NCBI GenBank assembly: GCA_963752475.1
Contig: CAVVYR010000019.1
Location: 32,001-96,000, forward strand
Length of the DNA: 64,000 nucleotides
Direction: 5' to 3'
Source: an uncultured Chloroflexia bacterium
GTDB lineage: Bacteria; Chloroflexota; Limnocylindria; Limnocylindrales; CSP1-4
The notes beneath the pieces are model-generated. The model worked only from the letters and a program-made list of their open reading frames with translations, had not been told where the DNA came from and ran no database searches. Of the stretch, positions 19,102 through 28,603 are shown one piece after another. The first letter of the stretch is position 1. Each line of letters starts with the position of its first letter. The translations under genes were made by a program, and so were the position numbers.

Positions 19102-21815
19102 GGCAGCTCCTGGGGGTCCTCGAGGACGCCGGCGAAGAGATCGCCCCGCTGGGCCACGCGATCGAGGATGGTGCGCATGTCCCAACGGCCGGCGAAGAGC
19201 TCCCGATCGTCTAGCTCTTCCCACGTGATCGGCGCCGAGACCGAGCCCGCCGCCACCGGCCGCACCGCGTACGGCGCCACCAGCGTCTTGATGAACGAGT
19301 TCTGGGTGTAGTCGAGTCGCGCCCGGCCGCCACGATCCTTCTTGGTCCACTCCCAGGACACGAGATCCGGCACCACGGCGCCCACCCCGCGTGACAGCTC
19401 ACCGACCCAGTCACGCGTCTCGTCGAAGGTGTACTTCGGGGCCACGTGGATCCAGATCTGGACGCCGCGCTTGCCGCTGACCTTGGGGTAGGCCTGCACG
19501 CGCAGATGCCCCAGCGCCGTCCGATAGAGCGTGGCCAGCGTGATCAGCTCCGCCCACGTCGTGTCGGTGCCGGGGTCGATGTCGATGTAGGCATAGGTCG
19601 GACGTCGATAGTGGGGCAGTCGGCTGGTCCAGGGGTGGAGGTCGATGCAGGCCTGGTTGGCCAGCCAGGCCATGGTCGCGACGCGGTCGGCCACGACGTA
19701 CGTGTGCGACTGAGTGCGGCCGGCCTCGGGATAGTCCCAGCGGGCCACCCAGTCGGGCGCGTGGTCGGGGATCTGCTTCTGCCAGAACTGCGTCCTGCCG
19801 GCGACGCCGTCGGGCCAGCGATGCACGTTCAGCGGCCGTTCGCGTAGGTAGGGCAGGATCACCGGCGCGATCGTGGCGTAGTAGCGCACCAGGTCGCGCT
19901 TGGTGAAGCCGGCATCGGGGAACAGCACCTTGTCGAGGTTCGTCAGCTCGACCTCGTGACCCCCCACCGACCATCGACCGCCACCATCGATCTCGTCGAG
20001 CGCTGCCAACTCCTGGGCCGTGGCTCGATCCGTCGCGTCTCCAGCCGACGACGCGCCAGATACATCCGTGGCGTCTCCAGCCGACGACGCGCCAGATACA
20101 TCCGTGGCGTCTCCAGCCGACGACGTGCCAGGCACCACCGCGTCCGACGAGGCGACAGGTACGACCGTGTCCGGCTCCAAGCTCGCGGCCACCGCGGCCA
20201 CCGCCACGGCCTTCTCTCGGGTCACGCTCGATGGATTTCGCTCGGGCTCGAAGCCCTTCAGTACCGCCTGACGAAGCAGTCCATCGGTCGTCCACTCGGC
20301 GAACTCGGCGCGGATGACGTGACGCGGTTCGCAGTAGCGGGCGCTAGCCGAAGGCGGGGTCAACGACGCCGGCGACGACTCGAGCGGCGCCTCCTCCACG
20401 AACGCCCGTAGCGTCTTTCGATCGCGCTCGTCGATACCGCTCCCGACGTGGCCCGCGAACCGCCACCCGTCTTCCTCGTGCGTCGCCACCAGCACCGAAC
20501 CGAGATACTTCGCCCGGCCTTGCCCGGGCTCGTACCCGATCACCACCAGCTCCTGCTCGCGGCGGGCCTTGACCTTGAGCCACTCGCGTGAGCGCACTCC
20601 CGGCCGGTAGCGGCTGCGGCGGTGCTTCGCGATCGAGCCCTCCAGTCCCTCTGCCGCGATGGCAGCCTGGAACTCCGTGCCGTGCTCGTCGATGTGGGTC
20701 ACATACCGGACGGCCGGATGCTCGCGCAGGAGCAGTCGCAAGAGCCGCTTGCGTTCGTCGAGTGCCAGGTCCGTGAGGTCGAGGCCATCGAGGCGCAGGA
20801 GGTCGAACGCGTGATAGACGAGCGTGCCATCGCGAGCCACCTCGTCGGGCGCCATCGACCGCCGCTCGCGGCGTTTCGCACCCAGGCCGCGCATGCCGGT
20901 GAGCTCCTGCAGCAGCCCGAAGTCCGGTCGGCCCTCCGCGTCGAGCGCGACCATCTCGCCGTCGACGATGGCGTCATCGGCTGCGATCCAGTCGGGTGGT
21001 GCGGCCGCGAAGTCGGGGAAGTACGTAGCCGCATCGACCCGCTTTCGTGTCCACAGCTTGACCGTCCCGCCACGCACGACCGCCTGCGTGCGGTAGCCAT
21101 CCAGCTTGAGCTCGAAGAGCCAGGCGGGATCGTTGAACGGTCCGTCGACCGCGGTCGCCAGCATCGGCTTGACGAAGGTGGCGCGCCCGCCCGGCCGAGC
21201 GTCAGCCAGGTCGATGTCGGCCAGCGTTCGCGCCGGGGCCATCGCGCCCGACACCCCAGCGGCCACCTCTTCGTTGGTCCGGCCGCTGAGCACCGAGGTG
21301 GGGTACTCGTCGATGTCCCAGCCCGCGATGGCACCTTCGCGTTTGCGGATGAGTAGCCAGTCCTCCTTGCCTTGCTCGACGCCCGTGCGCACGATGACGA
21401 AGCGACCACGCAACCGCTTGCCGTGGAGGATGAGCTTCAGCTCGCCGTTCGCCACCGACTCGGCCGGGTCCTCCTCGAGCTCCGGGTCCCAGGAGCCATG
21501 GTCCCAGACGATGGCATCGCCTCCGCCGTATTCGCCCTTGGGGATCACGCCCTCGAAGTCGAGGTACTCGATGGGGTGGTCTTCGGTGCGTGCCGCCCGC
21601 CGTTTGGCCAGCGGCTCCATCGACGGCCCCCGCGGCAGCGCCCAGCTCACCAGCACACCGTCGATCTCCAGGCGGAAGTCGTAGTGCAGGCGCGTGGCCC
21701 GATGCCGACCGACCACGAATCGGCGCAACGACGCCGGCAGCACGGGGCCATCCGTACCACGTGGCTCGGGCGTGCGGTCGAACGCGCGTTTGCGCCAGTA
21801 CTCCTCGAGCGGCAT
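19089..21815 (-). CDS. ligD: NHEJ DNA ligase D (phosphoesterase-ligase-polymerase)
   Basis: PE domain HRATRLHYDFRLE, ligase ELKLDGYR and WLKVK, polymerase LTNLDKVLFP, IDIDP and KVSGKRG; leaderless TACGCT. Confidence 0.95.
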   Translation of the reverse strand: MPLEEYWRKRAFDRTPEPRGTDGPVLPASLRRFVVGRHRATRLHYDFRLEIDGVLVSWALPRGPSMEPLAKRRAARTEDHPIEYLDFEGVIPKGEYGGGDAIVWDHGSWDPELEEDPAESVANGELKLILHGKRLRGRFVIVRTGVEQGKEDWLLIRKREGAIAGWDIDEYPTSVLSGRTNEEVAAGVSGAMAPARTLADIDLADARPGGRATFVKPMLATAVDGPFNDPAWLFELKLDGYRTQAVVRGGTVKLWTRKRVDAATYFPDFAAAPPDWIAADDAIVDGEMVALDAEGRPDFGLLQELTGMRGLGAKRRERRSMAPDEVARDGTLVYHAFDLLRLDGLDLTDLALDERKRLLRLLLREHPAVRYVTHIDEHGTEFQAAIAAEGLEGSIAKHRRSRYRPGVRSREWLKVKARREQELVVIGYEPGQGRAKYLGSVLVATHEEDGWRFAGHVGSGIDERDRKTLRAFVEEAPLESSPASLTPPSASARYCEPRHVIRAEFAEWTTDGLLRQAVLKGFEPERNPSSVTREKAVAVAAVAASLEPDTVVPVASSDAVVPGTSSAGDATDVSGASSAGDATDVSGASSAGDATDRATAQELAALDEIDGGGRWSVGGHEVELTNLDKVLFPDAGFTKRDLVRYYATIAPVILPYLRERPLNVHRWPDGVAGRTQFWQKQIPDHAPDWVARWDYPEAGRTQSHTYVVADRVATMAWLANQACIDLHPWTSRLPHYRRPTYAYIDIDPGTDTTWAELITLATLYRTALGHLRVQAYPKVSGKRGVQIWIHVAPKYTFDETRDWVGELSRGVGAVVPDLVSWEWTKKDRGGRARLDYTQNSFIKTLVAPYAVRPVAAGSVSAPITWEELDDRELFAGRWDMRTILDRVAQRGDLFAGVLEDPQELPPIS
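20029..20131. repeat. 36-bp in-frame tandem repeat in the LigD interdomain linker
   Basis: About three copies of TCCGTGGCGTCTCCAGCCGACGACGCGCCAGATACA, encoding SSAGDATDVSGA. Confidence 0.9.
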
Positions 21816-21918
21816 GCGGGGAGCGTAGCGTCTGTGCGGGCCGAGGCCGCCGTCGGGCCTAGTGCCGCGTCGTCTCCTGTGGCGAGCCTGGAACGTGGTG
21901 TCCCTACCGGTGGCGAGC

Positions 21919-23022
21919 CTAGAGCGGCGTCATCTCCGGCAGCGGCACCTCGTAGCGCCCGGCCAGGTCGACGAGGCTTTCGAGATGGCCGGAGTCGAGG
22001 TTCACGCCGTGCTCTTCGGCCCGTCGTTCGGCTGCGGCTTCCGGCTCCCCCGGGATCAGCACCCGGCCCGGGGCACCGGCGATCGTCCGTGCCCCCACGA
22101 GGAGCTCGATCTCGTGCTCCATGCGCTTCTCGAAGGCGCCGGGCTCGTCGAGCACGTCGGGGTCGATGGCCATGAAGGTCTGGCTCAGGTCCACGGCTCC
22201 GTGTTCCTCGGAGAAGAGCGGTGCGATGAGTGGTCCCGGCGTCGAGCCGCCGAGCACGCCAGTGAGGATGTCCACCAGCAGCGTCAGGCCGTAGCCCTTG
22301 TAGCCACCGGTCTCCTCGCAACCGCCGAGCGGCAGCAGCGCGCCGGCCAGCGCAGCGTCCGGCGTGTACGCCGGCCGGCCATCGGCATCGATGGCCCAGC
22401 TCGGCTGCAGCAGCTCACCACGTCGGGCCGCGACCTCGATGCGACCACGCGGGATCGTCGACGTGGCCATGTCGAGGCAGAAGTGGTCGTATTGGCCCGC
22501 CGGCGCCGCGACCGCGATGGGATTGCTGCCGAGCATGGCGTCGACCGCACGCGTAGGTGCCACGAGGGGAGAGGAGTTGGTCAGGCTGATGCCGATGAGT
22601 CCTGCGTCGGCCATGCGCAGCGCGTACCAACCGGCGATGCCGTAGTGGTTGGAGTTGCGCACCACGGCCGTGAACGAACCGGCCGCCCTGGCTCCCGCGA
22701 TGGCTGTATCCACGGCCACACGTCCCGCGTGCTGCCCCCATCCGTTGTGGGCATCGAAGAACGCCAGCGCCGAGCGTGACCGGATCACCTCCGGTCGTGC
22801 CTCCGGATCCATCGTGCCTCGCTCGATATGGGCCACGTAGCGCGCCAGACGTGCGGTGCCATGGGAGGCGATGCCTCGGCGGTCGCTGGCCACGAGCACC
22901 GTCGCGACGTCGGCCGCGATGTCCGAAGGCGTGCCCAGTCGCTCGACGAGCGACGTGGTCCAGGACTCGAGCTCGGACGCGCTTGCGGCAGCGCCACCCA
23001 CGGGGTCGGCATAGACGGGCAT
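21919..23022 (-). CDS. Ldh_2 family (malate/L-lactate/ureidoglycolate) oxidoreductase
   Basis: GIASHG, NSNHYGIAG, GSNPIAVAAP, LDMATS, GYKGYGL. Confidence 0.92.
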   Translation of the reverse strand: MPVYADPVGGAAASASELESWTTSLVERLGTPSDIAADVATVLVASDRRGIASHGTARLARYVAHIERGTMDPEARPEVIRSRSALAFFDAHNGWGQHAGRVAVDTAIAGARAAGSFTAVVRNSNHYGIAGWYALRMADAGLIGISLTNSSPLVAPTRAVDAMLGSNPIAVAAPAGQYDHFCLDMATSTIPRGRIEVAARRGELLQPSWAIDADGRPAYTPDAALAGALLPLGGCEETGGYKGYGLTLLVDILTGVLGGSTPGPLIAPLFSEEHGAVDLSQTFMAIDPDVLDEPGAFEKRMEHEIELLVGARTIAGAPGRVLIPGEPEAAAERRAEEHGVNLDSGHLESLVDLAGRYEVPLPEMTPL

Positions 23023-23094
23023 GCCTTGACCCTATCGGTGCCACGCGTGTTCTTGGAGTGACCTACGGCTCAGCGTAGGGAGGCCGCTGGGAAC

Positions 23095-25854
23095 CTAGCC
23101 GGGGATGACGCAACCCTTGGGCTTGTCTGTGAAGCCTGGCTGACAGGTCGGCGAGGCGCCACCGCCGCCACCACTGCCACCACCACCAGAGCTGCTGCTG
23201 CCGCCACCTCCCGAGTCGGAGCTGGAACTGCCCGAGGGCGTGGAGGGTGCTGCGCTCGAGTAGCCGCAACTGCCGGTCTTGATCGTGCCCCACTGGCTGG
23301 ACGACCCGACGCCTCGCGCCGCCCAGGAGTTGATGGCCGAGGAGGGCCACCATGCGCCAGGCACCTCCAGGGCCGTGATGCTGCCGCACGAGAAGGCCGG
23401 GTCCACCTGCTTGTTGCCGCCGGGCTGGGTGCCGCGCACGAAGAGTTCCGTGCGGGTGCCGTCCGGCGTGCGCACCGCTGCGCTGACGACGCCGGTCTTG
23501 GGCGGCTTGAAGGTGGGTGCGGCCTTGCCGGCCATGTAGCGGCTGACGAACGCATGCCAGGACTCGCCGGCGTTGCTCATGGAGTAGATGGGCGGGCTGG
23601 TGATGTTGGGCGCCCGGCTGTTGCTGTTGCCGTACCAGACACCGACGGCCAGCGCGGGCTGCTTGTCGTTGTTGGGCTTGGGCAGGTAGCCGTACGTGGA
23701 GTAGTCCTTGAGGTTGTTGGTGGTGCCGGTCTTGACGGCCAGCTCGCGTCGAGCGCCGTTCTTGGTGTTGTACATGGCGAAGGTGTCTGCCCAGACCGGG
23801 TTCTCTCGCGGATCCGCGTTGCCCTTGAGGATGTCGGTGACGATGTAGGCCGTCTGTGGGCTCCACACCTGTGTGGTCACGGGCTTGCCGGCGTCGTAGA
23901 TGGTGTTGCCGTTGGGGTCCTTGATCTCCAGGACGTAGCGCGGGCGCGTGACCTTGCCGTTGTTACCGAAGGCACCGAAGGCCTTGACGTGATCGAGCGG
24001 CCGGACCTCGACCGTGCCGATGGCGCCGGCCAGGCCTGCGACGTCGAGCGCCTTGTTGCCGAAGCCGACGGGCTCGGGGATGAACTCATAGCCAGCCTTG
24101 ACCGCGTACTTGCGCACGGTCTTGACGCCCGTCTGAGCGAGGGCGCGGATAGCCGGCACGTTGAGCGACTTCTGCAGTGCGTCACGCACGGCGATGGGGC
24201 CGCTGTCCGTCTTCTCCGCGTTCTTGGGCACCCACGTCTGACCTTCGTCATTGCGGCCGCCGAAGGGCGTGGTGATGTCGAGGATGACCGATGCCGCCGT
24301 CAGTGCACCGGTGTCGATGCCGGTGGCATAGACGATGGGCTTCCACGACGAACCCGGCTGTCGCTTGCCCAGGCCGATGTGGTCGTACTGGTAGTCGACG
24401 CGCTGGTTCTTGTTCTTCTTGTAGTAGCCCGGAGGCGCCGCGACGTAGGCGAGGACGTCGCCGGTGCGGTAGTCCATGGCCACGAGCGCGCCGCTGTAGA
24501 CGCCGAGCGCGCGGAGCCGCGTGACCCAGCCCGACTCGGACTGCAGCCCGCGCTTGCGAAGGCCGGCGTACATCTCCGTCGCCGGCAGGTGGGGAGCGAC
24601 AGCGCCGGCCCAGACGATGTCCTCACCGAGCTTCTGCGCCTTGTAGTCGAGCGTGGTCTTGATGCGGTAGCCACCGTCCTTGACCGGGTCGTAGTCGTTG
24701 CCCAGGATCTGCTCGACTTCCTTGAGCGCGGCATTGACGAACTGCGGCGCCTTGTAGCGCACGCCCTGCTCCTTCTTGACGAAGATGCGCTCGTTCTTGG
24801 CTGCTTCGATCTGCGCCTCGGTGGGCTTGACCCAACGACCCTTGCCATCGGCCAGTCGATCGAGGATGAAGTGCTGGCGCTGGACGACCTCCGTCTCGAC
24901 GCACTTGGGCTTGTTGTCCGGGCACTGCCTGATGACGTACTTGATCTTCTTGTTCTTGCCGGAGCCCTTCTTGATCTTGGTCAGGTTGGCGTAGCCGCCC
25001 TTGGCATTCTTGGCGTAGGGGTAGAACACCGCCGGCGTCTGCGGGATGGCCGCCAGCAGGGCGGTCTCCGCCAGCGTCAGCTCTTCGAGGTCCTTGCCGA
25101 GGTAGACGTCAGCGGCGGCCCGGATGCCGTGGACGGCACCGCCGTAGGGGATCTGGTTGAGGTAGGCGGTGATGATCTCCTGCTTGCCATCCTCACCGGG
25201 GAACGCTTGCGTCAGGCGATAGGCCTGGATGATCTCCTTGGCCTTGCGCGTGTACAACGCCTCGTCGCTCTCGAACTGGCTCTGGAGCACGTCTTCCGGC
25301 AGCAGCACCGCACGCACGAGCTGCTGGGTGATGGTGGACGCACCACGGGCGTCGCCGCCTCCGGCAACCGTGAAGAGCTGACCTACGGTGGCCTCGAGGT
25401 CCACGCCTGGATTGGTCCAGAAGGTGTCGTCCTCTGTCGCCGTGGTGGCGTCGAGCACGACCTTGGGGATCTCCTGGAAGCGATCGATGACGTCGCGGCG
25501 GTCGTTCCAGAACTCGGCCAGCTTGACGCCGTCGCGCGAGTACATGAGCGATTGCTCCTTGAAGTCGAGATCCTTGAAGGAGCGGGGATCGGGGAGGCCT
25601 TCCTCGAGCTGGGTGAGCGTGACGGCGGCCGCGCCGCCAGCGGTGATGACGGCGGCAGAGGCGACGGTCACGCCGGAGACCATGAGGATCAGGAACAGGG
25701 CCAGGATCGCGGACGGACCCGAGGATCCCTGCTTGCGATGTCGTTGGCTGCGCTTGACTGCGATACGCGCAGCGAAAGAACCCCGATGATGGGGCCCAGT
25801 CCCGGTCCGCTTGCCGGTCCGGGAAGCACGGCGCTTCTGTGGGCGATACGGCAT
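23095..25854 (-). CDS. Class A penicillin-binding protein (transglycosylase/transpeptidase)
   Basis: TEDDTFW, GASTITQQL, RKAKE, YLNQIPYG, QPGSSWKP, SLN and KTGT motifs; N-terminal TM segment. Confidence 0.95.
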   Translation of the reverse strand: MPYRPQKRRASRTGKRTGTGPHHRGSFAARIAVKRSQRHRKQGSSGPSAILALFLILMVSGVTVASAAVITAGGAAAVTLTQLEEGLPDPRSFKDLDFKEQSLMYSRDGVKLAEFWNDRRDVIDRFQEIPKVVLDATTATEDDTFWTNPGVDLEATVGQLFTVAGGGDARGASTITQQLVRAVLLPEDVLQSQFESDEALYTRKAKEIIQAYRLTQAFPGEDGKQEIITAYLNQIPYGGAVHGIRAAADVYLGKDLEELTLAETALLAAIPQTPAVFYPYAKNAKGGYANLTKIKKGSGKNKKIKYVIRQCPDNKPKCVETEVVQRQHFILDRLADGKGRWVKPTEAQIEAAKNERIFVKKEQGVRYKAPQFVNAALKEVEQILGNDYDPVKDGGYRIKTTLDYKAQKLGEDIVWAGAVAPHLPATEMYAGLRKRGLQSESGWVTRLRALGVYSGALVAMDYRTGDVLAYVAAPPGYYKKNKNQRVDYQYDHIGLGKRQPGSSWKPIVYATGIDTGALTAASVILDITTPFGGRNDEGQTWVPKNAEKTDSGPIAVRDALQKSLNVPAIRALAQTGVKTVRKYAVKAGYEFIPEPVGFGNKALDVAGLAGAIGTVEVRPLDHVKAFGAFGNNGKVTRPRYVLEIKDPNGNTIYDAGKPVTTQVWSPQTAYIVTDILKGNADPRENPVWADTFAMYNTKNGARRELAVKTGTTNNLKDYSTYGYLPKPNNDKQPALAVGVWYGNSNSRAPNITSPPIYSMSNAGESWHAFVSRYMAGKAAPTFKPPKTGVVSAAVRTPDGTRTELFVRGTQPGGNKQVDPAFSCGSITALEVPGAWWPSSAINSWAARGVGSSSQWGTIKTGSCGYSSAAPSTPSGSSSSDSGGGGSSSSGGGGSGGGGGASPTCQPGFTDKPKGCVIPG

Positions 25855-25891
25855 TCGAGGACATTGTGCACGACCTTCGGCGAAAGCGGGT

Positions 25892-26803
25892 ATGTCGGAG
25901 ATGAAGGTTTCGACACTTTCCAGCCCTCAGGGCGCGCTCGGTGGCTCCCGACTGCGCCGCTTCCAGACCGCGCTGCTCGAGTGGTACGTCCCCCGTGCGC
26001 GGCCACTGCGCATCCGCACGACGCGCGATGCGTGGGCCATCCTCGTCTCGGAGGTCATGGCCCAGCAGACGCAGATCGCCCGGGTCGATGAAGCCTGGGT
26101 CGCGTTCATCGAGCGCTATCCGACCCCCGACTCTCTCGCGAAGGCCACCACTGCCGAGGTGTTGCGCGCCTGGGCCGGGCTTGGCTACAACCGACGAGCG
26201 CTCAACCTGCAGCGCGCGGCGCAGGCCATCGAGGACCGACACGGTGGTGCGGTGCCCTCGTCGATCGATGAGCTCGAGGCCTTGCCGGGGGTGGGGCCCT
26301 ACACCGCCCGAGCGGTCGCGGCCATCGCCTTCGGGCAGCCGGCCGCGGCCGTCGATACCAACGTACGCCGAGTGGTCACGCGCGTGCTGGGCTACGAGCT
26401 TGGACCCGTGCCGCTCCAGGCAGTCGCCGACACGCTCGTCGAGACCTCGGACCCCGCGACCTGGACGCATGCCTCGATGGAACTGGGCGCCATCGTCTGC
26501 ACCGCACGGGCGCCTCGGTGCGAGGCCTGCCCGGTCTCGAAGTGGTGTGCCAGCGCTGGCTCGGTGGAGGTGCCGGCGCGACGAGGCCCGACGACGACGC
26601 CGGCCTTCGAGCTCACGACCCGCTGGCTCAGAGGACGCATCATCGAGCGCCTGCGTGACCTCGACGACGGCACCTGGGAAGCCCTGCCTCAGACCATCGG
26701 CGACCACGACGCAGGGGCCATCGAGGCCGCGGTCAGCGCGCTCCAGCGCGAGGGCTTGCTCGAGCGACGCCCGGATGGAGCGGTGCGCCTACCATCGGGG
26801 TGA
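25892..26803 (+). CDS. mutY: A/G-specific adenine glycosylase (short C-terminus type)
   Basis: SEVMAQQTQ, WAGLGYNRRA, LPGVGPYTA, VDTNVRRV, FeS motif CTARAPRCEACPVSKWC; start 25892 or 25901. Confidence 0.92.
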   Translation: MSEMKVSTLSSPQGALGGSRLRRFQTALLEWYVPRARPLRIRTTRDAWAILVSEVMAQQTQIARVDEAWVAFIERYPTPDSLAKATTAEVLRAWAGLGYNRRALNLQRAAQAIEDRHGGAVPSSIDELEALPGVGPYTARAVAAIAFGQPAAAVDTNVRRVVTRVLGYELGPVPLQAVADTLVETSDPATWTHASMELGAIVCTARAPRCEACPVSKWCASAGSVEVPARRGPTTTPAFELTTRWLRGRIIERLRDLDDGTWEALPQTIGDHDAGAIEAAVSALQREGLLERRPDGAVRLPSG

Positions 26804-26804
26804 C

Positions 26805-27611
26805 ATGACCACGACGCTCGATCCCACGACCCTCATCCCGCTGCCCACCGCCGACCCGACCATCTTCGCGGCCGACACCGACATCGAGGCGCTCACGGTC
26901 CGCTGGCGCGAACAGTCCCAGCTCGAGCCCATGACTGCGGCCGAGATGCGCGGGACCGACGTGCGAGCGCAGCGGCTCGGGATCGCGGGCGAGCGGCTGA
27001 TGGAGGAGGCGGGCACGGCCGTGGCCGCGGCCGTGAAGGCGTTGATGGTCTCGACCGACCGCTCGCGGAGCTCGTTGGTGCTGATCCTTTGCGGCCCCGG
27101 CAACAACGGAGGCGACGGCCTCGTCGCGGCCCGGTACCTCGCCGAGCAGGGCATCGGTTGCGAGGTGGTGCTGCTCTCGAGCAACGGCGTGCCCTCCACG
27201 CCGGACGCGCGCCTGAACTGGGACCGGCTCGAGGGGCTGGAGCGTGTGAACCGGGTCTCCACCGCACGCGACTCCGACGTCGCGCTCTACCTCAACGGTA
27301 TCGAGCGGGCCGGCCTCGTCGTCGACTCGCTCCTGGGGACCGGCGTCAGCGGCGACCTGCGCGAGCCGGTCCGCACGGCCGTCGATGTCGTCGTGCGGGC
27401 CCGTCAGGGCCGCGTGCCGGTGCTCGCGGTCGATACCCCCACGGCCGTCGACCTCACCAGCGGCCGACCCTCCAACCCCGTCGTTCGTGCCGACGTCACG
27501 GTCACCTTCCATCGGCCGAAGGATGGCCTGCGCGCCAGGATCGGCAAGCTGCTCGCGGGCCGTGTGCTGGTCGCGCCCATCGGCATCCCCGTCCAAGCGG
27601 ATCGTGGCTGA
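26805..27611 (+). CDS. nnrE: NAD(P)H-hydrate epimerase (stand-alone YjeF_N)
   Basis: LMEEAG, CGPGNNGGDG, DSLLGTG, AVDTPT. Confidence 0.9.
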   Translation: MTTTLDPTTLIPLPTADPTIFAADTDIEALTVRWREQSQLEPMTAAEMRGTDVRAQRLGIAGERLMEEAGTAVAAAVKALMVSTDRSRSSLVLILCGPGNNGGDGLVAARYLAEQGIGCEVVLLSSNGVPSTPDARLNWDRLEGLERVNRVSTARDSDVALYLNGIERAGLVVDSLLGTGVSGDLREPVRTAVDVVVRARQGRVPVLAVDTPTAVDLTSGRPSNPVVRADVTVTFHRPKDGLRARIGKLLAGRVLVAPIGIPVQADRG

Positions 27612-27819
27612 AGTGGGCCGTCCCGAGGGTGCCCCGCGTGACCGCCGCGTCTTCCTCATCGTCGGCGCGCTCGTGGTCGGGTTGCTGGTGTTCAGCGTCG
27701 TGAGCGCGCTGCTGCCGGGCATCGACGCCACACTCGCGGCCGTCCCGGTGGTCGTGGTCGTGCTCGTGGTCGGGACCGTGCTCGTGCTCGCCCGGTCACT
27801 ACGCGGAGCTCGCCGCTAG
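27604..27819 (+). CDS. Small membrane protein (71 aa, two TM segments)
   Basis: GTG start overlapping the nnrE end; two hydrophobic helices. Confidence 0.65.
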   Translation: MAEVGRPEGAPRDRRVFLIVGALVVGLLVFSVVSALLPGIDATLAAVPVVVVVLVVGTVLVLARSLRGARR

Positions 27820-27840
27820 ACACCCTCGGCCCGCAAGCGT

Positions 27841-28524
27841 CTATTCGGACTCGGTCGTCTCGTCCTCGGTCGCGGCCGCCACGTGGGAGTCGGGAGGTGG
27901 GGTCGGCTGTCGGTCGCCCGATCGGAACCTTCGCTCCTCGCCGGCGAGGAGCCGCTCGATGTTGTCCTTGTGCGCGACCCAGATGATGATCTCGCCGGGG
28001 ACGACATACCAGAGCCAGGCGGGGTCGATCCAGCCCACGACCATGAACAGGATCACGATGAGCGCGCCCGTCAGCGTGCCCAGGATCGAGGCCAGCGAGA
28101 CGTAGCGGGTGGTCCAGATGATGGCGATGAAGGCCGGCAGCGCGAAAGGCACGATCCAGGGTGCGATCGCGAGCATGCCGCCGACGCCGGTCGCCACGCC
28201 GCGTCCGCCGTGGAAGCCGAGGAAGACCGACTTCCAGCTACCGAGGACGGCGGCCACGCCGGTGAGGGCGCGTACCTCGATGGGTGCGTCCAGCCAGCCG
28301 GCGATGAGGATGGGCAGGGCGCCCTTGCCCAGGTCGAGGCCCGCGACAGCGATGGCGCGAGGCCAACCACCCGCACGCAGCATGTTGGTGCCGCCGGTGC
28401 GACCGGAGCCGACCGACCGCGGATCGGTGCCTCCTGTCAGGCGCGCGACGATGACGCCCATCGGCAACGAGCCCATCAGGTAGCCCATCGCGAGAAGTAC
28501 GAGCAGCAGCAGGAGGTCGTTCAC
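27841..28524 (-). CDS. plsY: Glycerol-3-phosphate 1-O-acyltransferase
   Basis: YLMGSLP, GSGRTGGTNMLR, FHGGRGVAT, TRYVSLASI, HKDNIERL. Confidence 0.93.
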   Translation of the reverse strand: MNDLLLLLVLLAMGYLMGSLPMGVIVARLTGGTDPRSVGSGRTGGTNMLRAGGWPRAIAVAGLDLGKGALPILIAGWLDAPIEVRALTGVAAVLGSWKSVFLGFHGGRGVATGVGGMLAIAPWIVPFALPAFIAIIWTTRYVSLASILGTLTGALIVILFMVVGWIDPAWLWYVVPGEIIIWVAHKDNIERLLAGEERRFRSGDRQPTPPPDSHVAAATEDETTESE

Positions 28525-28603
28525 GAACGCCGAGTATAGGTGGGCGTGCCGGCCGCTTTGCTACCATCGGACATGTCCGAATCACGCTCCTCCGAGGTCC
28601 ACC

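Noticed and set aside
23554-26091. Long antisense or alternative-frame ORFs (845 aa here; also 7090-8961, 16444-18354, 45479-47344, 25941-26804)
   Set aside because: Shadow ORFs of real genes caused by high GC3; no recognisable motifs
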